64,000 nucleotides of DNA, taken from an uncultured Candidatus Binatia bacterium. GTDB lineage: Bacteria; Desulfobacterota; Binatia; Bin18. The DNA lies in contig OZ243961.1 in assembly GCA_965214605.1 (NCBI GenBank), forward strand, positions 3,584,001 through 3,648,000. Direction: 5' to 3'. Shown one piece after another: positions 1 to 10,660 of this stretch. The notes beneath the pieces are model-generated. The model was not told the DNA's origin. It saw nothing but the letters and a program-made list of their open reading frames with translations, and ran no database searches. Positions within the stretch are counted from its first letter, which is position 1; each line of letters begins with the position of its first letter. The position numbers and the translations under genes are program-made.

Positions 1-1169
1 TCGGTCTGAACGGCTCGGGTAAAACCACCACGGCTGGCAAGTTGGCCCGCTATCTCAAAGTTGAACAGGCCCGCGCGCCCTACCTCGTCCCAGCCGACAC
101 CTTCCGTCCGGCTGCTATTGATCAACTGCGCATTATTGGCCAAGAAGTCGGGGTACCGGTGTACCCGACCCCTAACGACGGTTCGGCGGCCGATCCGGTC
201 AGGATTGCAGCCGCCGGTGTTGACGCCGCCCGGCGCCGGGGGGCGGATGTGGTCATCATCGACACCGCCGGCCGACAGCAGATCGACACCGACCTGATGG
301 AGCAGCTCGGTCAGCTCAAGGCCGCCGTCAATCCGCATCAGACCTTGCTTGTGGCCGATGCCATGACCGGCCAAGAGGCGGTCAATGTGGCCCAAGGTTT
401 CCATTCGCAGCTAGCGCTTGACGGCGTTATCCTGACCAAGGTTGAGGGCGACGCCCGGGGTGGGGCGGCCCTGTCACTGCGCTCGGTGACCGGCAAGCCA
501 ATCGTCTTCATCGGGATCGGGGAAAAGCTTGATGCTCTGGAAGCCTTTTATCCAGATCGGGCTGCATCGCGTATCCTGGGCATGGGCGATATGTTGTCGC
601 TGATCGAGAAGGCTGAAAAGGTCTACGATCAGCAACAGGCCGAGGTGCTCGAAAAAAAGCTGCGTAAAAACCAGTTTACCCTGGCAGATTTTGCCGAGCA
701 GATGCGGATGCTCAAAAAAATGGGCTCAATCTCCGACCTCATGTCTCTGATCCCAGGTGGCAAAAAGGCCATGCAGAACACCGACATGGACCAGACCGAG
801 AAAGAATTCAGGCGCGTTGAAGCCATTATCTCGTCCATGACCAAACAGGAGCGACGTCGGCCCGAAGTGTTAAACGGCAGTCGTCGACGGCGGATTGCAA
901 ACGGCAGCGGGACACGGGTGGCCGAGGTGAATCGTTTCCTCAAGCAGTACGCGGAAGCCAAGAAGATGATGCATAAACTCTCCCAGTTCAACGGCGCAGG
1001 CCAGCTCGGCGCTCTGAAAAGCGAATCCGGTCTGGGCCAGTTGGGTCAACTGGCCCAGTTGGGAAAAAAGACCGGAAAGTCGGGCAAGACGTCGGGCAGG
1101 CCGGGTAAAATGAGTAAACTGGCCAAAAAGGCCCACAAAGCACGTAAATCGCTGTCATTCTGGGGGTAA
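1..1169 (+). CDS. ffh: Signal recognition particle protein Ffh (5' truncated by window edge)
   Basis: [11 protein letters not shown]-loop from nt 3, DTFRPAA, DTAGR, [14 protein letters not shown], M-domain [11 protein letters not shown]; precedes rpsP. Confidence 0.97.
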   Translation, partial: GLNGSGKTTTAGKLARYLKVEQARAPYLVPADTFRPAAIDQLRIIGQEVGVPVYPTPNDGSAADPVRIAAAGVDAARRRGADVVIIDTAGRQQIDTDLMEQLGQLKAAVNPHQTLLVADAMTGQEAVNVAQGFHSQLALDGVILTKVEGDARGGAALSLRSVTGKPIVFIGIGEKLDALEAFYPDRAASRILGMGDMLSLIEKAEKVYDQQQAEVLEKKLRKNQFTLADFAEQMRMLKKMGSISDLMSLIPGGKKAMQNTDMDQTEKEFRRVEAIISSMTKQERRRPEVLNGSRRRRIANGSGTRVAEVNRFLKQYAEAKKMMHKLSQFNGAGQLGALKSESGLGQLGQLAQLGKKTGKSGKTSGRPGKMSKLAKKAHKARKSLSFWG

Positions 1170-1176
1170 AAAATCT

Positions 1177-1431
1177 ATGGTTAAAATTCGGCTGGCCCGT
1201 CATGGGGCCAAAAAACGCCCTTTTTATCGTATTGTCGCGGCTGATTCACGTTTTCCGCGTGACGGCCGTTTTATCGAACAACTCGGATTCTACGATCCCA
1301 CCAAGGACCCGGCCGTTGTGCAGCTCAAAACGGACAAACTGAACAAATGGCTACAAAACGGCGCTCAACCGACCGATACTGTTGCTCGGCTGATTAAAAA
1401 GAAAAAGGCCGGGCAGGAACCTGTCGCCTAA
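1177..1431 (+). CDS. rpsP: 30S ribosomal protein S16
   Basis: [34 protein letters not shown]. Confidence 0.98.
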   Translation: MVKIRLARHGAKKRPFYRIVAADSRFPRDGRFIEQLGFYDPTKDPAVVQLKTDKLNKWLQNGAQPTDTVARLIKKKKAGQEPVA

Positions 1432-1450
1432 AGCGCACGGGGAACATCCT

Positions 1451-1687
1451 ATGAAGGATCTCGTCTTATACCTGGCCAAGGCTCTGGTGAACCATCCTGA
1501 CGAAGTCGAGGTGAACGAAATACCAGGCGAGACTGCCTCGATTCTCGAACTCCGAGTCTCAAAGGACGATCTGGGTCGGATTATTGGCAAACAGGGACGG
1601 ACTGCCAAGTCGATGCGGACTCTGCTCAATGCCGCAGCCTCACGGACAAATCGTAAAGTTGTCCTTGAAATCGTCGAAGAAAAATGA
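1451..1687 (+). CDS. khpA: KH-domain RNA-binding protein KhpA
   Basis: DLGRIIGKQGRTAKSMR GxxG motif; position between rpsP and rimM. Confidence 0.93.
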   Translation: MKDLVLYLAKALVNHPDEVEVNEIPGETASILELRVSKDDLGRIIGKQGRTAKSMRTLLNAAASRTNRKVVLEIVEEK

Positions 1688-2207
1688 CTCTCTGGGCAGA
1701 GACTGCCTTGTTTCGCTCGGCCGTCTGGTCAAGACGCACGGCGTGGGCGGGGAATTGCGTCTCCGGCCCTACGCGTCTCCCTGTCCGACTCTCAAAAAAG
1801 GGCTGATCGTCCAGCTTCAGGACCACGCCGGGCAACTGACCCCGGCTCGTATCACCAAGCTGCGGCCCCACCCTCCTCTTCTGCTGATCGGCTTTGAGGG
1901 GATAGTCTCACGTGAACAGGCCCAGAGTTTGTGTGGCCACATTGTTACGGTTCGTGAGCACCAACTCCCCCCGCTCCGAGACAACGAGTTCTACTATTAT
2001 CAGACGGTCGGGCTCACTGTCCTGACCACCGCCGGACAAGAGATCGGTACAGTGCGGGAGATCTTCTTCTCCGGCGGACATGACGTTTGGGTTGTGCGTC
2101 AGGGGAAGAAAGAGTACCTGATCCCTATTACCCAAGAAATTGTCCGTAGCATAGACATTCCGGGCCGACAATCAGTGATTGAGCCTTTGGAGGGGCTGCT
2201 CGACTGA
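1665..2207 (+). CDS. rimM: Ribosome maturation factor RimM (start uncertain; TTG 1659/1665)
   Basis: [32 protein letters not shown]-terminal EGLLD. Confidence 0.93.
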   Translation: MKSSKKNDSLGRDCLVSLGRLVKTHGVGGELRLRPYASPCPTLKKGLIVQLQDHAGQLTPARITKLRPHPPLLLIGFEGIVSREQAQSLCGHIVTVREHQLPPLRDNEFYYYQTVGLTVLTTAGQEIGTVREIFFSGGHDVWVVRQGKKEYLIPITQEIVRSIDIPGRQSVIEPLEGLLD

Positions 2208-2214
2208 GCGCTGT

Positions 2215-2979
2215 ATGCAGTTCCACGTCATTACCATCTTTCCCGACCTGTTCTCCTCACCGTTGTCGGTGAGCCTGTTAAAAAAGGCCCAAGACCGAGG
2301 GCTAGTGGCGTGTCATGTCCATAATTTGCGCGACTACGCGGGTGGTAAACATCGCTCCACCGATGATACGCCCTATGGTGGTGGCTATGGCATGGTCATG
2401 AAGCCCGAGCCGATCTTTGCCGCGCTCGAAGATGTGTGTCATCGACTGTCGCAGCCAAGACGTATTCTGTTATCCCCCCAGGGTACCCCGCTGACCCAAC
2501 ACAAGGTCGGTCAACTGGCGGCTGAGGGGGCGCTTGTGCTGGTGTGCGGACGCTATGAGGGGGTCGACGAGCGGGTCCGGGCGGCGGTCGATGAGGAGAT
2601 CTCGGTCGGCGATTATGTGTTGAGTGGTGGAGAAACCGCCGCCTTAGTCGTCATTGACGCGGTTGTCCGTCTCGTCCCCGGGGTGGTGGGCCGTCAAGAA
2701 TCGACCCAGGAAGAGTCGTTTAGCACCGGACTGTTGGAATACCCCCAGTATACTCGGCCTGAGGAATTCAGAGGGTTGCGCGTGCCCGAGGTGCTGCTGT
2801 CAGGTAACCATGCCGATATTGCCCGATGGCGGCGCCGTCAAGCGCTGTTGCGAACCCGTGATCGACGTCCCGAACTGTTGGACAGAGCCCCTCTCAGCCT
2901 GGAAGAGAAACAGTGGTTGGCAAGAAAGGGGGGCGATGATGACCATGAGAAGAAATCATCGCCCCCCTGTGGGAAGTAA
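2215..2979 (+). CDS. trmD: tRNA (guanine37-N1)-methyltransferase
   Basis: [46 protein letters not shown]. Confidence 0.98.
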   Translation: MQFHVITIFPDLFSSPLSVSLLKKAQDRGLVACHVHNLRDYAGGKHRSTDDTPYGGGYGMVMKPEPIFAALEDVCHRLSQPRRILLSPQGTPLTQHKVGQLAAEGALVLVCGRYEGVDERVRAAVDEEISVGDYVLSGGETAALVVIDAVVRLVPGVVGRQESTQEESFSTGLLEYPQYTRPEEFRGLRVPEVLLSGNHADIARWRRRQALLRTRDRRPELLDRAPLSLEEKQWLARKGGDDDHEKKSSPPCGK

Positions 2980-2985
2980 CAACGC

Positions 2986-3573
2986 ATGGCTGATCTGTAT
3001 TTGGCCCTCCTCCATCACCCTGTCTATGACAAGGAGCACAAGGTGGTGACCACCTCAATCACTAATATGGACATCCATGATATCTCTCGCTCGGCAAAGA
3101 CGTATGGGGTCAAACGGTTCTTTGTCGTCAATCCGGTTCCAACCCTCCGTGCCCTGGCCGAGAAGATCGTAGACCACTGGCGGGTCGGTTACGGCAGCAC
3201 CTATAACGTAACCCGTAGAGACGCGCTCGAAATCGTTGCCTTAAGCCAGCATCTAGAGGACACGCTTGAGGCGGTGCAGCAAGAGGCTGGGGAACGGCCG
3301 CGGCTGATCGCCACCTCAGCCAGAGACGGTGGCGTACGTCTTTCATTTGTCGAGCTGCGGCACCGGCTTGAGAGCCCAGGACCTCCGTTGCTGATCCTGC
3401 TGGGTACCGGGTGGGGGCTGACCGAAGCGGTTTTGGATCGGGCCGATGATTTTCTTGAGCCAATTCATGGAACGGGCGTCTACAACCACCTGTCCGTTCG
3501 GGCGGCGGCAGCAGTTATCTTGGATCGGCTGCTGGGAGCACGGTCGCTTGACCGACCGACAGGGGCAGGATAA
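2986..3573 (+). CDS. SPOUT-family RNA methyltransferase (TrmD-associated)
   Basis: LYLALLHHPV, TNMDIHDISR, GTGWGL, YNHLSVRAAAAVILDRL; typical trmD neighbour in Deltaproteobacteria. Confidence 0.88.
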   Translation: MADLYLALLHHPVYDKEHKVVTTSITNMDIHDISRSAKTYGVKRFFVVNPVPTLRALAEKIVDHWRVGYGSTYNVTRRDALEIVALSQHLEDTLEAVQQEAGERPRLIATSARDGGVRLSFVELRHRLESPGPPLLILLGTGWGLTEAVLDRADDFLEPIHGTGVYNHLSVRAAAAVILDRLLGARSLDRPTGAG

Positions 3574-3745
3574 GCTGGTCCGTCCTTAGAGAGACAAGAG
3601 AAGACAACCCTAGCGCTTGGCATTCAGCCATCGGCCTTCAGCGAGCACAACGAGCGATTTTGACCAAAAGCGGGCAGGTCGACCCTACCCGCCGGATTCG
3701 CCCCTCCATGCTGATCGACCGCAGCGCTCAGAGAGGAACACGGCC

Positions 3746-4189
3746 ATGAGCAAGAGCATTGATCAGCTTGAAGCCCGCCAACTGAGAACAGATTTGCCCG
3801 ACTTCAAGCCTGGCGATACGGTCCGCGTCCACGCCAGAATCGTTGAAGGCGACAAGGAACGGATTCAGGTCTTTGAGGGTGTAGTGATCCGCCAGGCCAA
3901 TAGCGGCAACCGGACCACGTTTACCGTTCGGAAAATTTCCTACGGCGTCGGTGTTGAGCGTGTCTTTCCGCTCCACTCGCCACGGATTGATAAGATTGAA
4001 GTGACGGTGCGTGGTAAAGTTCGACGGGCCAAGCTGTACTATCTGCGTGGGCTGCGGGGGAAAGCCGCCCGGCTGAAAGGTGAGCGCGTGCGTCCTGTGT
4101 CAGAGAGTAAAAAGGCCAAAGCTGCGGCCCGAGTCCAATCCGCGGAAGCTGTGGCCCTGGGGACTGACACGGCTCAGTCTGCGAAATAG
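3746..4189 (+). CDS. rplS: 50S ribosomal protein L19
   Basis: [40 protein letters not shown]; SD GAGG before ATG 3746. Confidence 0.98.
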   Translation: MSKSIDQLEARQLRTDLPDFKPGDTVRVHARIVEGDKERIQVFEGVVIRQANSGNRTTFTVRKISYGVGVERVFPLHSPRIDKIEVTVRGKVRRAKLYYLRGLRGKAARLKGERVRPVSESKKAKAAARVQSAEAVALGTDTAQSAK

Positions 4190-4215
4190 CCCCCAGTAGT
4201 GCCAGCCGGGCCCCC

Positions 4216-4947
4216 CTAGTCCCGCCCTCGTGAGTACTCCCACCAGGCTAGGCTGACCACCACCCCAGCCAGAATAATCGGGCTGGCATAGCCATAGGCG
4301 GGCGATGCATACGCCAGCAACTCGTCAAAGCGGCCAATCAGGATCGACATGCGAGCCATAACCGTATAGCCGAAAGCCGCGCCAAAGGAGACCATTAAGA
4401 AAGACATGCCGATGCGGGCCACGTAACGCGTGCCGGCCCTATGCTCGACCGAGAAGAAAAAATAAAACAGCACGCTCACCACCCCAACCAGAATAAGCAC
4501 GGTGTTTAGCTCGGCTAGACCAAGCCGCCAGCCCTCAGATCCGACTGACACCAAGGGTTTGAGGGTCCCCTGAACCTGTTGGAGGACAAACGAGGACAGC
4601 AGTCGAGGGATGGCGACGCCAGAACTGATCCCCAGGATAAAGGCAAAAGCAATCCGGCTCAGCCAGGCCCAGGGCGGAACCAAACGTGCCAGCATGAAGA
4701 GGCCTAGTCCGGCGGCGGCGAGCAAAAGCCAGTCGGCCTGCTCGACCAACGGCACATAGAGCTTTTTGACCATTACCTCGTGGTAGGTAATGGTCAGCAC
4801 ATAGCCGACTGAGGCGCCGACAAAAATGTGTTCGGCCAGCTTAAAGAGGGGGTTGTCTTTGTACAAGAAACTGTAGATGAATAGACTCAGCAGGCTGGCC
4901 ACCCAGGCGCCGAACACAAGCTCGCTACTGGCTAGCTGAGGGCTCAT
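4216..4947 (-). CDS. Uncharacterised polytopic membrane protein (GlmL-like operon)
   Basis: About 7 hydrophobic segments; SFLYKDNPLFKLAEHIFVG and FLMVSFGAAFGYTVMAR; ATGA overlap with the upstream gene. Confidence 0.8.
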   Translation of the reverse strand: MSPQLASSELVFGAWVASLLSLFIYSFLYKDNPLFKLAEHIFVGASVGYVLTITYHEVMVKKLYVPLVEQADWLLLAAAGLGLFMLARLVPPWAWLSRIAFAFILGISSGVAIPRLLSSFVLQQVQGTLKPLVSVGSEGWRLGLAELNTVLILVGVVSVLFYFFFSVEHRAGTRYVARIGMSFLMVSFGAAFGYTVMARMSILIGRFDELLAYASPAYGYASPIILAGVVVSLAWWEYSRGRD

Positions 4948-5792
4948 GACGACCGTCTCCCCGAATCTCGCCCGGCTTGGCCGCTCAGAAAATACAGTCC
5001 GTTGCACACCACGATCAGCCCAATGATCAGAAAGTGAGTTGTCGACTGGGCGTCCATACCGGCGCTGGCCTTACCTGGCATATTGAGCAGGGTTTCATAC
5101 TCTGCCGCACCCCGCAGGCCACCCAACAAGCCTTGAATCTGGCCAGTATTCAGCAGCGGATAAAACTTGGGCACGCTGACCGCAACACTGCCGCCGCCCA
5201 GCTCAAAGCCGTATTTTTCCTTGCCGTACACGTACCAGGTATCTAGGCCAGGAAAACCGGCACTCAGACTGAAGACGTAGGTGACATCTCGCAGGCTGCG
5301 AATCTTGCTGACGACCGGAAGCGTCGGTGTTGGCGTGCCGTAATAATCGGTCGGAAAGGCCGTATACAGATCCTGACCCATGCTCAGAATAGCGTTGGCT
5401 TCGCCCGGCGCATAGCCCAGAAAAACGTAATCTTGGCCGTAGACCTTGCCAAACTCCTGCCCAATTTGGGTCAGGACCGACTCGGCCATACTCGTTCCAG
5501 TCGACCATAAGGTGAGGCCGATGAGGGTGAGGTTGCGGCGAAAGGTATGGCGTAGGAGGGCGACCGTCATCGGCTGCAGCTCCGGTTTGGAGGCCGGATC
5601 ATAGTCAAACGAAATCACCACATGGGCGCCCTCGGGCAGCTGCTCAATATAGTTGTAGACGCGTTGAACCTCGGCCGAAATACGGATCGGCAGGCCAAGT
5701 GGATAGAGCAGTGGGATGAGGACGAACAGACTGATAAGGATGAAAATAAAACGGCGGTCAAGGCTGAGGATACGCTGAGCAAAGTCTCGCAT
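4944..5792 (-). CDS. Uncharacterised membrane-anchored alpha/beta protein (GlmL-like operon); alternative start 5810
   Basis: N- and C-terminal TM helices flank a soluble domain (YGQDYVFLGY, GLLGGLRGAAEYE). Confidence 0.8.
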   Translation of the reverse strand: MRDFAQRILSLDRRFIFILISLFVLIPLLYPLGLPIRISAEVQRVYNYIEQLPEGAHVVISFDYDPASKPELQPMTVALLRHTFRRNLTLIGLTLWSTGTSMAESVLTQIGQEFGKVYGQDYVFLGYAPGEANAILSMGQDLYTAFPTDYYGTPTPTLPVVSKIRSLRDVTYVFSLSAGFPGLDTWYVYGKEKYGFELGGGSVAVSVPKFYPLLNTGQIQGLLGGLRGAAEYETLLNMPGKASAGMDAQSTTHFLIIGLIVVCNGLYFLSGQAGRDSGRRSS

Positions 5793-5802
5793 ACTACCGT
5801 TC

Positions 5803-6441
5803 CTACTCATCCTCTCCGCCCAAATAGGACCGTTCAACACCAAAAATAATCTTGATTGAGGTCGCGATGCCGCCCAGACTGACGCCGATTAAGATGGCCC
5901 GTTGAGCCGCGGTATTGGGCACCTGCATAATCCAGTCCGCAGTTTGTCCCAGACCAGCTAGCATGTATTCGCCAAGCGGGACCCGGCCGGCCATGACGAT
6001 AAGGGCGGCGATGAGCAAGACGCTTGCCTCTAGGGTGCGCGCCCGAAAGGCGCGATAGGCCGCCGAGGCGACAAAAAAGGCCAGCAGCGAGAACATCGTG
6101 CTCTGCAGGACGACGATGACATAGCTGTACAGCCAGCCAAACGCGCTACCCTCGGCTTTGCCCCCGGACCACAGGCCTGCCCCAAGAACGATCAGCAGTG
6201 ACACAAACAGGACACCGCTGTAGCCCCAACCGGCCTCTTGGCGTGCGATCTTGACATAATGGACGTGCAGCAAGCTGCCGACACCGAGGAGAATCGCAAA
6301 CCCGGCGATAATCTGATTCCAGACCGAGACTTCAGTCAGCAGCGCCTCTGAGGCCGGATGGGGAATGTAGTACTGAGCGGTGAACGTCAGGCCTAGCACA
6401 AAAGCGATGAGCAATGGGAGAGTCCGTTTCCAGAAAGTCAT
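5803..6441 (-). CDS. Uncharacterised polytopic membrane protein (GlmL-like operon)
   Basis: About 6 TM segments; FSLLAFFVASAAYRAFRAR, PNTAAQRAI..G. Confidence 0.8.
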   Translation of the reverse strand: MTFWKRTLPLLIAFVLGLTFTAQYYIPHPASEALLTEVSVWNQIIAGFAILLGVGSLLHVHYVKIARQEAGWGYSGVLFVSLLIVLGAGLWSGGKAEGSAFGWLYSYVIVVLQSTMFSLLAFFVASAAYRAFRARTLEASVLLIAALIVMAGRVPLGEYMLAGLGQTADWIMQVPNTAAQRAILIGVSLGGIATSIKIIFGVERSYLGGEDE

Positions 6442-6447
6442 ACGCTC

Positions 6448-7701
6448 CTATCGAAAATCTGAAAAAATTTGCACAAAGCTCTGGGTGCCGGCAATGTTGC
6501 TGAATTCGCTCAGGCTCAGGGCCAGCGTTCCGACTAGCAAGACTCCTAGCAGCACGGCTTTGCCGAGGTCTTGGCCGCGCAGGGTCCCGACTAGGGCAGG
6601 CTCGCGGGACAGATAGGCGCTGGCCGCGTACAGTTCCTCGCCGATCAGGGTATAATCGCAGGTTGTGATAAAAAATGGCAGCTGATGATCGGCATCGGTT
6701 CCGGCGATTTGGATGGCTCCGGTCGACGCTCCGGTTTCAGCCAACAGCAGAGATTCAGCGTAGTAGTAGCCCATAAAAATGTTGGCCGCAGGTTTGTCGC
6801 GCAGTATGATGCCGTCCACCGCAGCGGTATACGCAAACTGGTCTTGAGTAATGAAGAAATTGGTCTCTTCAGTGTAGGTATCCGGGCGCCCGGCCGTCAA
6901 ATAGGCTTCTTTGACCATTTCTTGGCAGATAGCCATGACAATCGCTGAGCGGTGGGGAACCCGCAGTTCAGCACCATAGCGAGCGACCCGCTTTGACACT
7001 TCGCTCAGAATAACCGTAGCGGCGATAGTTGACAGATTTGACGAATCGCCACTGCCGCTGAGATCGCCACTACCGGTCAGATACAGGACCGGCTGACCCA
7101 TTTCGGTCGCTCGTCCGACCGCCTCCTCGACTGCGTCAAGACCGGGGATGCGCCGCAGAAAGACGTGCGGGTTGTTCCGGGCGCGGCGAATAGACAGCAG
7201 CACGGCCGCGCCAAAGGCCAAGACCAGGATCAGATTATTCAGTTTCGACCAGCGAAATAGATTGGCCTGTGGGGTAGCTGAAACCGTTCGACTCTCAAAA
7301 CGGTGTTGGCCTGTCAACAGGACAAGTCTGAAAAAAGCGCTGCTGTCCGTATCTAGCTCGACTTTCACCAGATGCCAGTCGGGCCGGGGCGAACCCCATA
7401 CCCACCAGGCGCCGGCCAGGTCAGTTTCATATTGGGTGTCGGCGGCAAACTCGGCGATCGGGCTAAACGAACCGTCCGGCTGCTCGCTGTGCAGCACCTG
7501 ATAGGTGGCCTCAGGCGTCTCATATGGCAGCGCCTGCCAGCGGAGGACAACACTGCCCCCGGCATCCCCGGGCGTATCACTCGCCTCAAGCGACACAAAA
7601 GCGTCCTGGCCAAAAGCCGGAAAACCGCCGAGCGCCAAAAGCGTCCAGCACACTACTATCAGCAGGGGAAGCCGAAACACCGGCTGGACGCTTTTGTTCA
7701 T
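6448..7701 (-). CDS. Signal peptide + FN3-like domain + TM + DUF6754-like domain protein
   Basis: Hydrophobic leader (AFG-Q), beta-rich DTPGDAGGSVVLRW domain, TM, then RRIPGLDAVEEAVGRATEMG...GEELYAASAYLS (recalled as DUF6754). Confidence 0.72.
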   Translation of the reverse strand: MNKSVQPVFRLPLLIVVCWTLLALGGFPAFGQDAFVSLEASDTPGDAGGSVVLRWQALPYETPEATYQVLHSEQPDGSFSPIAEFAADTQYETDLAGAWWVWGSPRPDWHLVKVELDTDSSAFFRLVLLTGQHRFESRTVSATPQANLFRWSKLNNLILVLAFGAAVLLSIRRARNNPHVFLRRIPGLDAVEEAVGRATEMGQPVLYLTGSGDLSGSGDSSNLSTIAATVILSEVSKRVARYGAELRVPHRSAIVMAICQEMVKEAYLTAGRPDTYTEETNFFITQDQFAYTAAVDGIILRDKPAANIFMGYYYAESLLLAETGASTGAIQIAGTDADHQLPFFITTCDYTLIGEELYAASAYLSREPALVGTLRGQDLGKAVLLGVLLVGTLALSLSEFSNIAGTQSFVQIFSDFR

Positions 7702-7711
7702 GCGCCAGTCC

Positions 7712-8854
7712 CTAGCCCTCAATGATTTCTACATTTGCCCGAGGAATCGTCACCTCCCGCCCGTCTGGCAGGCGGACGACTAAAACCCGCACCCGGCTCT
7801 CGGTGGCGGTGAGGTGTAATTCGGCCGGTAGCGCCCGGACCCGAGCCAGCAAACCAAAGTGGGGCTCACGAATAATCCGCACGGTATCACCGATGTGTAT
7901 TCCGGGTGTATCAATCGCTTGAACTGCTTGACAGTCCTGTGGATTTGCGCCCGTTTCTTTCTGCCTGAGCGGAATAATCACCTCCGGTCGCATCACCCCG
8001 GCTCGAATCTGGGTGGCCCCGCTGCACGACGCGAGCTGGCCCTCGTTGGCGCTCAGCAGCTCAAAGCTGCGCTGGGCCATCGGAATGCAGCCAAAACCCT
8101 CTGTGACCAGCAGGCTAAAGCCGAGCTGCTCAGTCCCGGTAATGGCCACACCCAAGTCATAGCCCAGCAGTTCTTTCAGGTCTTGGTCGTGGACACCGCC
8201 CACCACCAGGGCGTGGACGCCGAGGGCTCTGGCCTTGGCGAAAGTCTCTTTTGGGGCCAACGCCCCACCGATCACGATCTGACCGGCGTGGTCCGACCGC
8301 AGGTGCTGCGGGGTGAGGACTTCATCCGGCCTGAGGACTGCCCGTTTAATCCGTCCCGTTGTTTCTCCGCCCAGTCCAAAAATCGCCTGGACCAGGGCGC
8401 ACCGCGACTCAAGCACGACCCCTTGTTGGGGAATAACCTCGACGACCGTGCCGTCGATATAGGCCGACAGGCGAATCACCTCGGGTGGCTCGCGCAGAAA
8501 GACCTGACCGGTGACCGTTGAGATGCTATCAACCGTACCGCTCACCGGGGCCCGTACCTGGGTTTGAAACCACCTGAGCCAGGGCTTGTTTTCGGCCAGG
8601 ATTTCCCCTTTTTCAATACTGTCGCCCTCGTGTTTGAGAAGATAGGAGTGAATGTCGGCCGGCGTGATGCTGAGCTTATTGACCACGTTGATCGGATAGA
8701 CCGCGCCAGGCAGTGCGGTGTGGGCGAGCTGTGTTGCCGCCGTGACCCGCTCACCCTGGGCAACCTCCACCTGGCCGGGGATAGGAAGCAGGCGTTGTTT
8801 GCGAACGATCGTGTCGGGTGAGACACGTAAGCCGGGGGTGTATGCGTGCGCCAT
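7712..8854 (-). CDS. Uncharacterised protein with barrel-sandwich-hybrid-like repeats and a C-terminal KOW-like motif
   Basis: GQVEVAQGERV, GDSIEKGEILAE..APVSGTV; IGDTVRIIREPHFG; abuts the GlmL-like gene. Confidence 0.75.
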   Translation of the reverse strand: MAHAYTPGLRVSPDTIVRKQRLLPIPGQVEVAQGERVTAATQLAHTALPGAVYPINVVNKLSITPADIHSYLLKHEGDSIEKGEILAENKPWLRWFQTQVRAPVSGTVDSISTVTGQVFLREPPEVIRLSAYIDGTVVEVIPQQGVVLESRCALVQAIFGLGGETTGRIKRAVLRPDEVLTPQHLRSDHAGQIVIGGALAPKETFAKARALGVHALVVGGVHDQDLKELLGYDLGVAITGTEQLGFSLLVTEGFGCIPMAQRSFELLSANEGQLASCSGATQIRAGVMRPEVIIPLRQKETGANPQDCQAVQAIDTPGIHIGDTVRIIREPHFGLLARVRALPAELHLTATESRVRVLVVRLPDGREVTIPRANVEIIEG

Positions 8855-8857
8855 ACG

Positions 8858-10660
8858 TCAGTCCGGATCAGGGTACAGCTCCAGCGCGGTCTGCCAGGCT
8901 CGGAGCTGCGCAGTACGCTCGGCCTTGTCTTGGGTCAAATTGAGCGGCCGACCTCGGGCGTCGAGAATCAGGCCGACAGTCCCACCTATGACCGGGGCGC
9001 TGAGAGTTTTGCCCGATCCGGCCCCAAAGTCAAAACCCCGCCTCGGAGTGAGCTCGATCCGTGCTTCTCGGCCCTCTGCTAAGCCGAGGTGCTCCAGGCC
9101 GCCATAGGCTAGGTCGCCGTCAACGGTCTGCCCGTCAGGAGAGACAAGACGGTAGGAGAAACACGGCTGGCCCGCTTTTCCGCGTCCGCTCGGTGCGGCG
9201 CAGGTTCCGAGCGGGATCAAACAGTCTTTGAATAACACCTCGGTCGCCGCCTCTTCATGAACGGTGGAGAGTACCCCGAGGTGGGGCATCATAAAGATAC
9301 TATCGACCGCCAACCGGGTGAGGCCCAGCGGCTCATAGGCATCGATCAGCATCAGCATGGCCTGGACCCGGCGTGGGGCATGGGACACAACGCCGCCGCT
9401 ACCGATGATCAGGTCTAAGGCCAGCATATCGATCAGACTCTGGCCCGAGGTGGTCTGGGCAAAGACGTCGGAGACCGAGCGTTGTTGCTGGACGCCTTTC
9501 AGTTCTACCGCCAGCTGTTTATGGTGCTCAAGGGCTAAGCGCAACGCCTCACGGGCGAGCGCCTGCTCAACCTGGAGGTCCATTACGGTTTGCGGGATTG
9601 TGGTCGGTCGGATCATTTTATTTTTGATCTGGTTGCGCAGGCTTTGCTCGTCACAGTCAAACGGCAACCACCGCTGGATATTGTCCAACTCGGTTTCGGC
9701 AACCACGTTCGACACGCTATAACTCATGCCCAGATTAGCGCTGACAGTCCGGTTGAAGATCGTTTGGAAGACTGAGAAGATGTCGGTGGTTGCTCCGCCG
9801 ATATCGACCCCGATAACATTCAGCTGAGTCCGTCGAGCCAGGGTCTCGATCATCAGGCCGACCGCCGCCGGCGTTGGAATAATCGGCGCGTCGGCCCAGT
9901 CAATCAGCCGCTTATAACCCGGAGCCTGAGCCATGACATGTTCGAGAAACAGGTCGTGGATCTTATGCCGCGCCGGCATGAGATTTTCGCGCTCCATAAC
10001 AGGCCGGATGTTGTCGGTGACGGACAGGGCTGCCTTGTCGCCAAGGAGGTCTCGAATCTGCTTCTGCGCCTCGATATTGCCGGCATAGACAATCGGCAGG
10101 TGGTAGCCCTGGCCTAAACGCGGTCGCGGCTCTGCGGCGGCAATATACTCGGCCATCTCGACTACGTGCGAGACCGTGCCTCCGTCCGTACCGCCGGCCA
10201 GTAAAATCATATCAGGCCGCAGACGACGGATGCGTTCGATCTTTTTATAGCCGGGCCAATCGTCGTTCGAGGCCAGACTATCCATCACAATAGCCCCAGC
10301 GCCTAAGGCGCAGCGCTGGGCGCTCTCAGTACTCATGGCTTTGACCACGCCGGCGACCATCAGCTGCAGACCGCCGCCGGCACTGCTGGTCGAAATATAG
10401 AGATCCACTCCGGTCTCAGCCTGGGCTGGGGTGAGAATATGCTCGCCGTCGAGGATCGTCCGACCGGATAACTCCTCGATCTCCTGAATAGCGTTTAACA
10501 CCCCGCGGGTGACATCCTCAAAGGGCGCTTCGACCGTTGTCGGGGCTTCACCGCGGTGGGTTTGACGGTATTCCTGGCCGACCTTCTGGATTAGAATGGC
10601 TTTGGTTGTGGTGCTGCCACAGTCTGTGACCAGGATGATCTTGAGATTCTGAGGATTCAT
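8858..10660 (-). CDS. GlmL/MutL (glutamate mutase L)-family ASKHA ATPase, extended form
   Basis: TDCGSTTTKA, SSAGGGL, LLAGGTDGG, PTP, VDIGGATTD, RTVSANLGMSYS, IGSGG. Confidence 0.88.
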   Translation of the reverse strand: MNPQNLKIILVTDCGSTTTKAILIQKVGQEYRQTHRGEAPTTVEAPFEDVTRGVLNAIQEIEELSGRTILDGEHILTPAQAETGVDLYISTSSAGGGLQLMVAGVVKAMSTESAQRCALGAGAIVMDSLASNDDWPGYKKIERIRRLRPDMILLAGGTDGGTVSHVVEMAEYIAAAEPRPRLGQGYHLPIVYAGNIEAQKQIRDLLGDKAALSVTDNIRPVMERENLMPARHKIHDLFLEHVMAQAPGYKRLIDWADAPIIPTPAAVGLMIETLARRTQLNVIGVDIGGATTDIFSVFQTIFNRTVSANLGMSYSVSNVVAETELDNIQRWLPFDCDEQSLRNQIKNKMIRPTTIPQTVMDLQVEQALAREALRLALEHHKQLAVELKGVQQQRSVSDVFAQTTSGQSLIDMLALDLIIGSGGVVSHAPRRVQAMLMLIDAYEPLGLTRLAVDSIFMMPHLGVLSTVHEEAATEVLFKDCLIPLGTCAAPSGRGKAGQPCFSYRLVSPDGQTVDGDLAYGGLEHLGLAEGREARIELTPRRGFDFGAGSGKTLSAPVIGGTVGLILDARGRPLNLTQDKAERTAQLRAWQTALELYPDPD

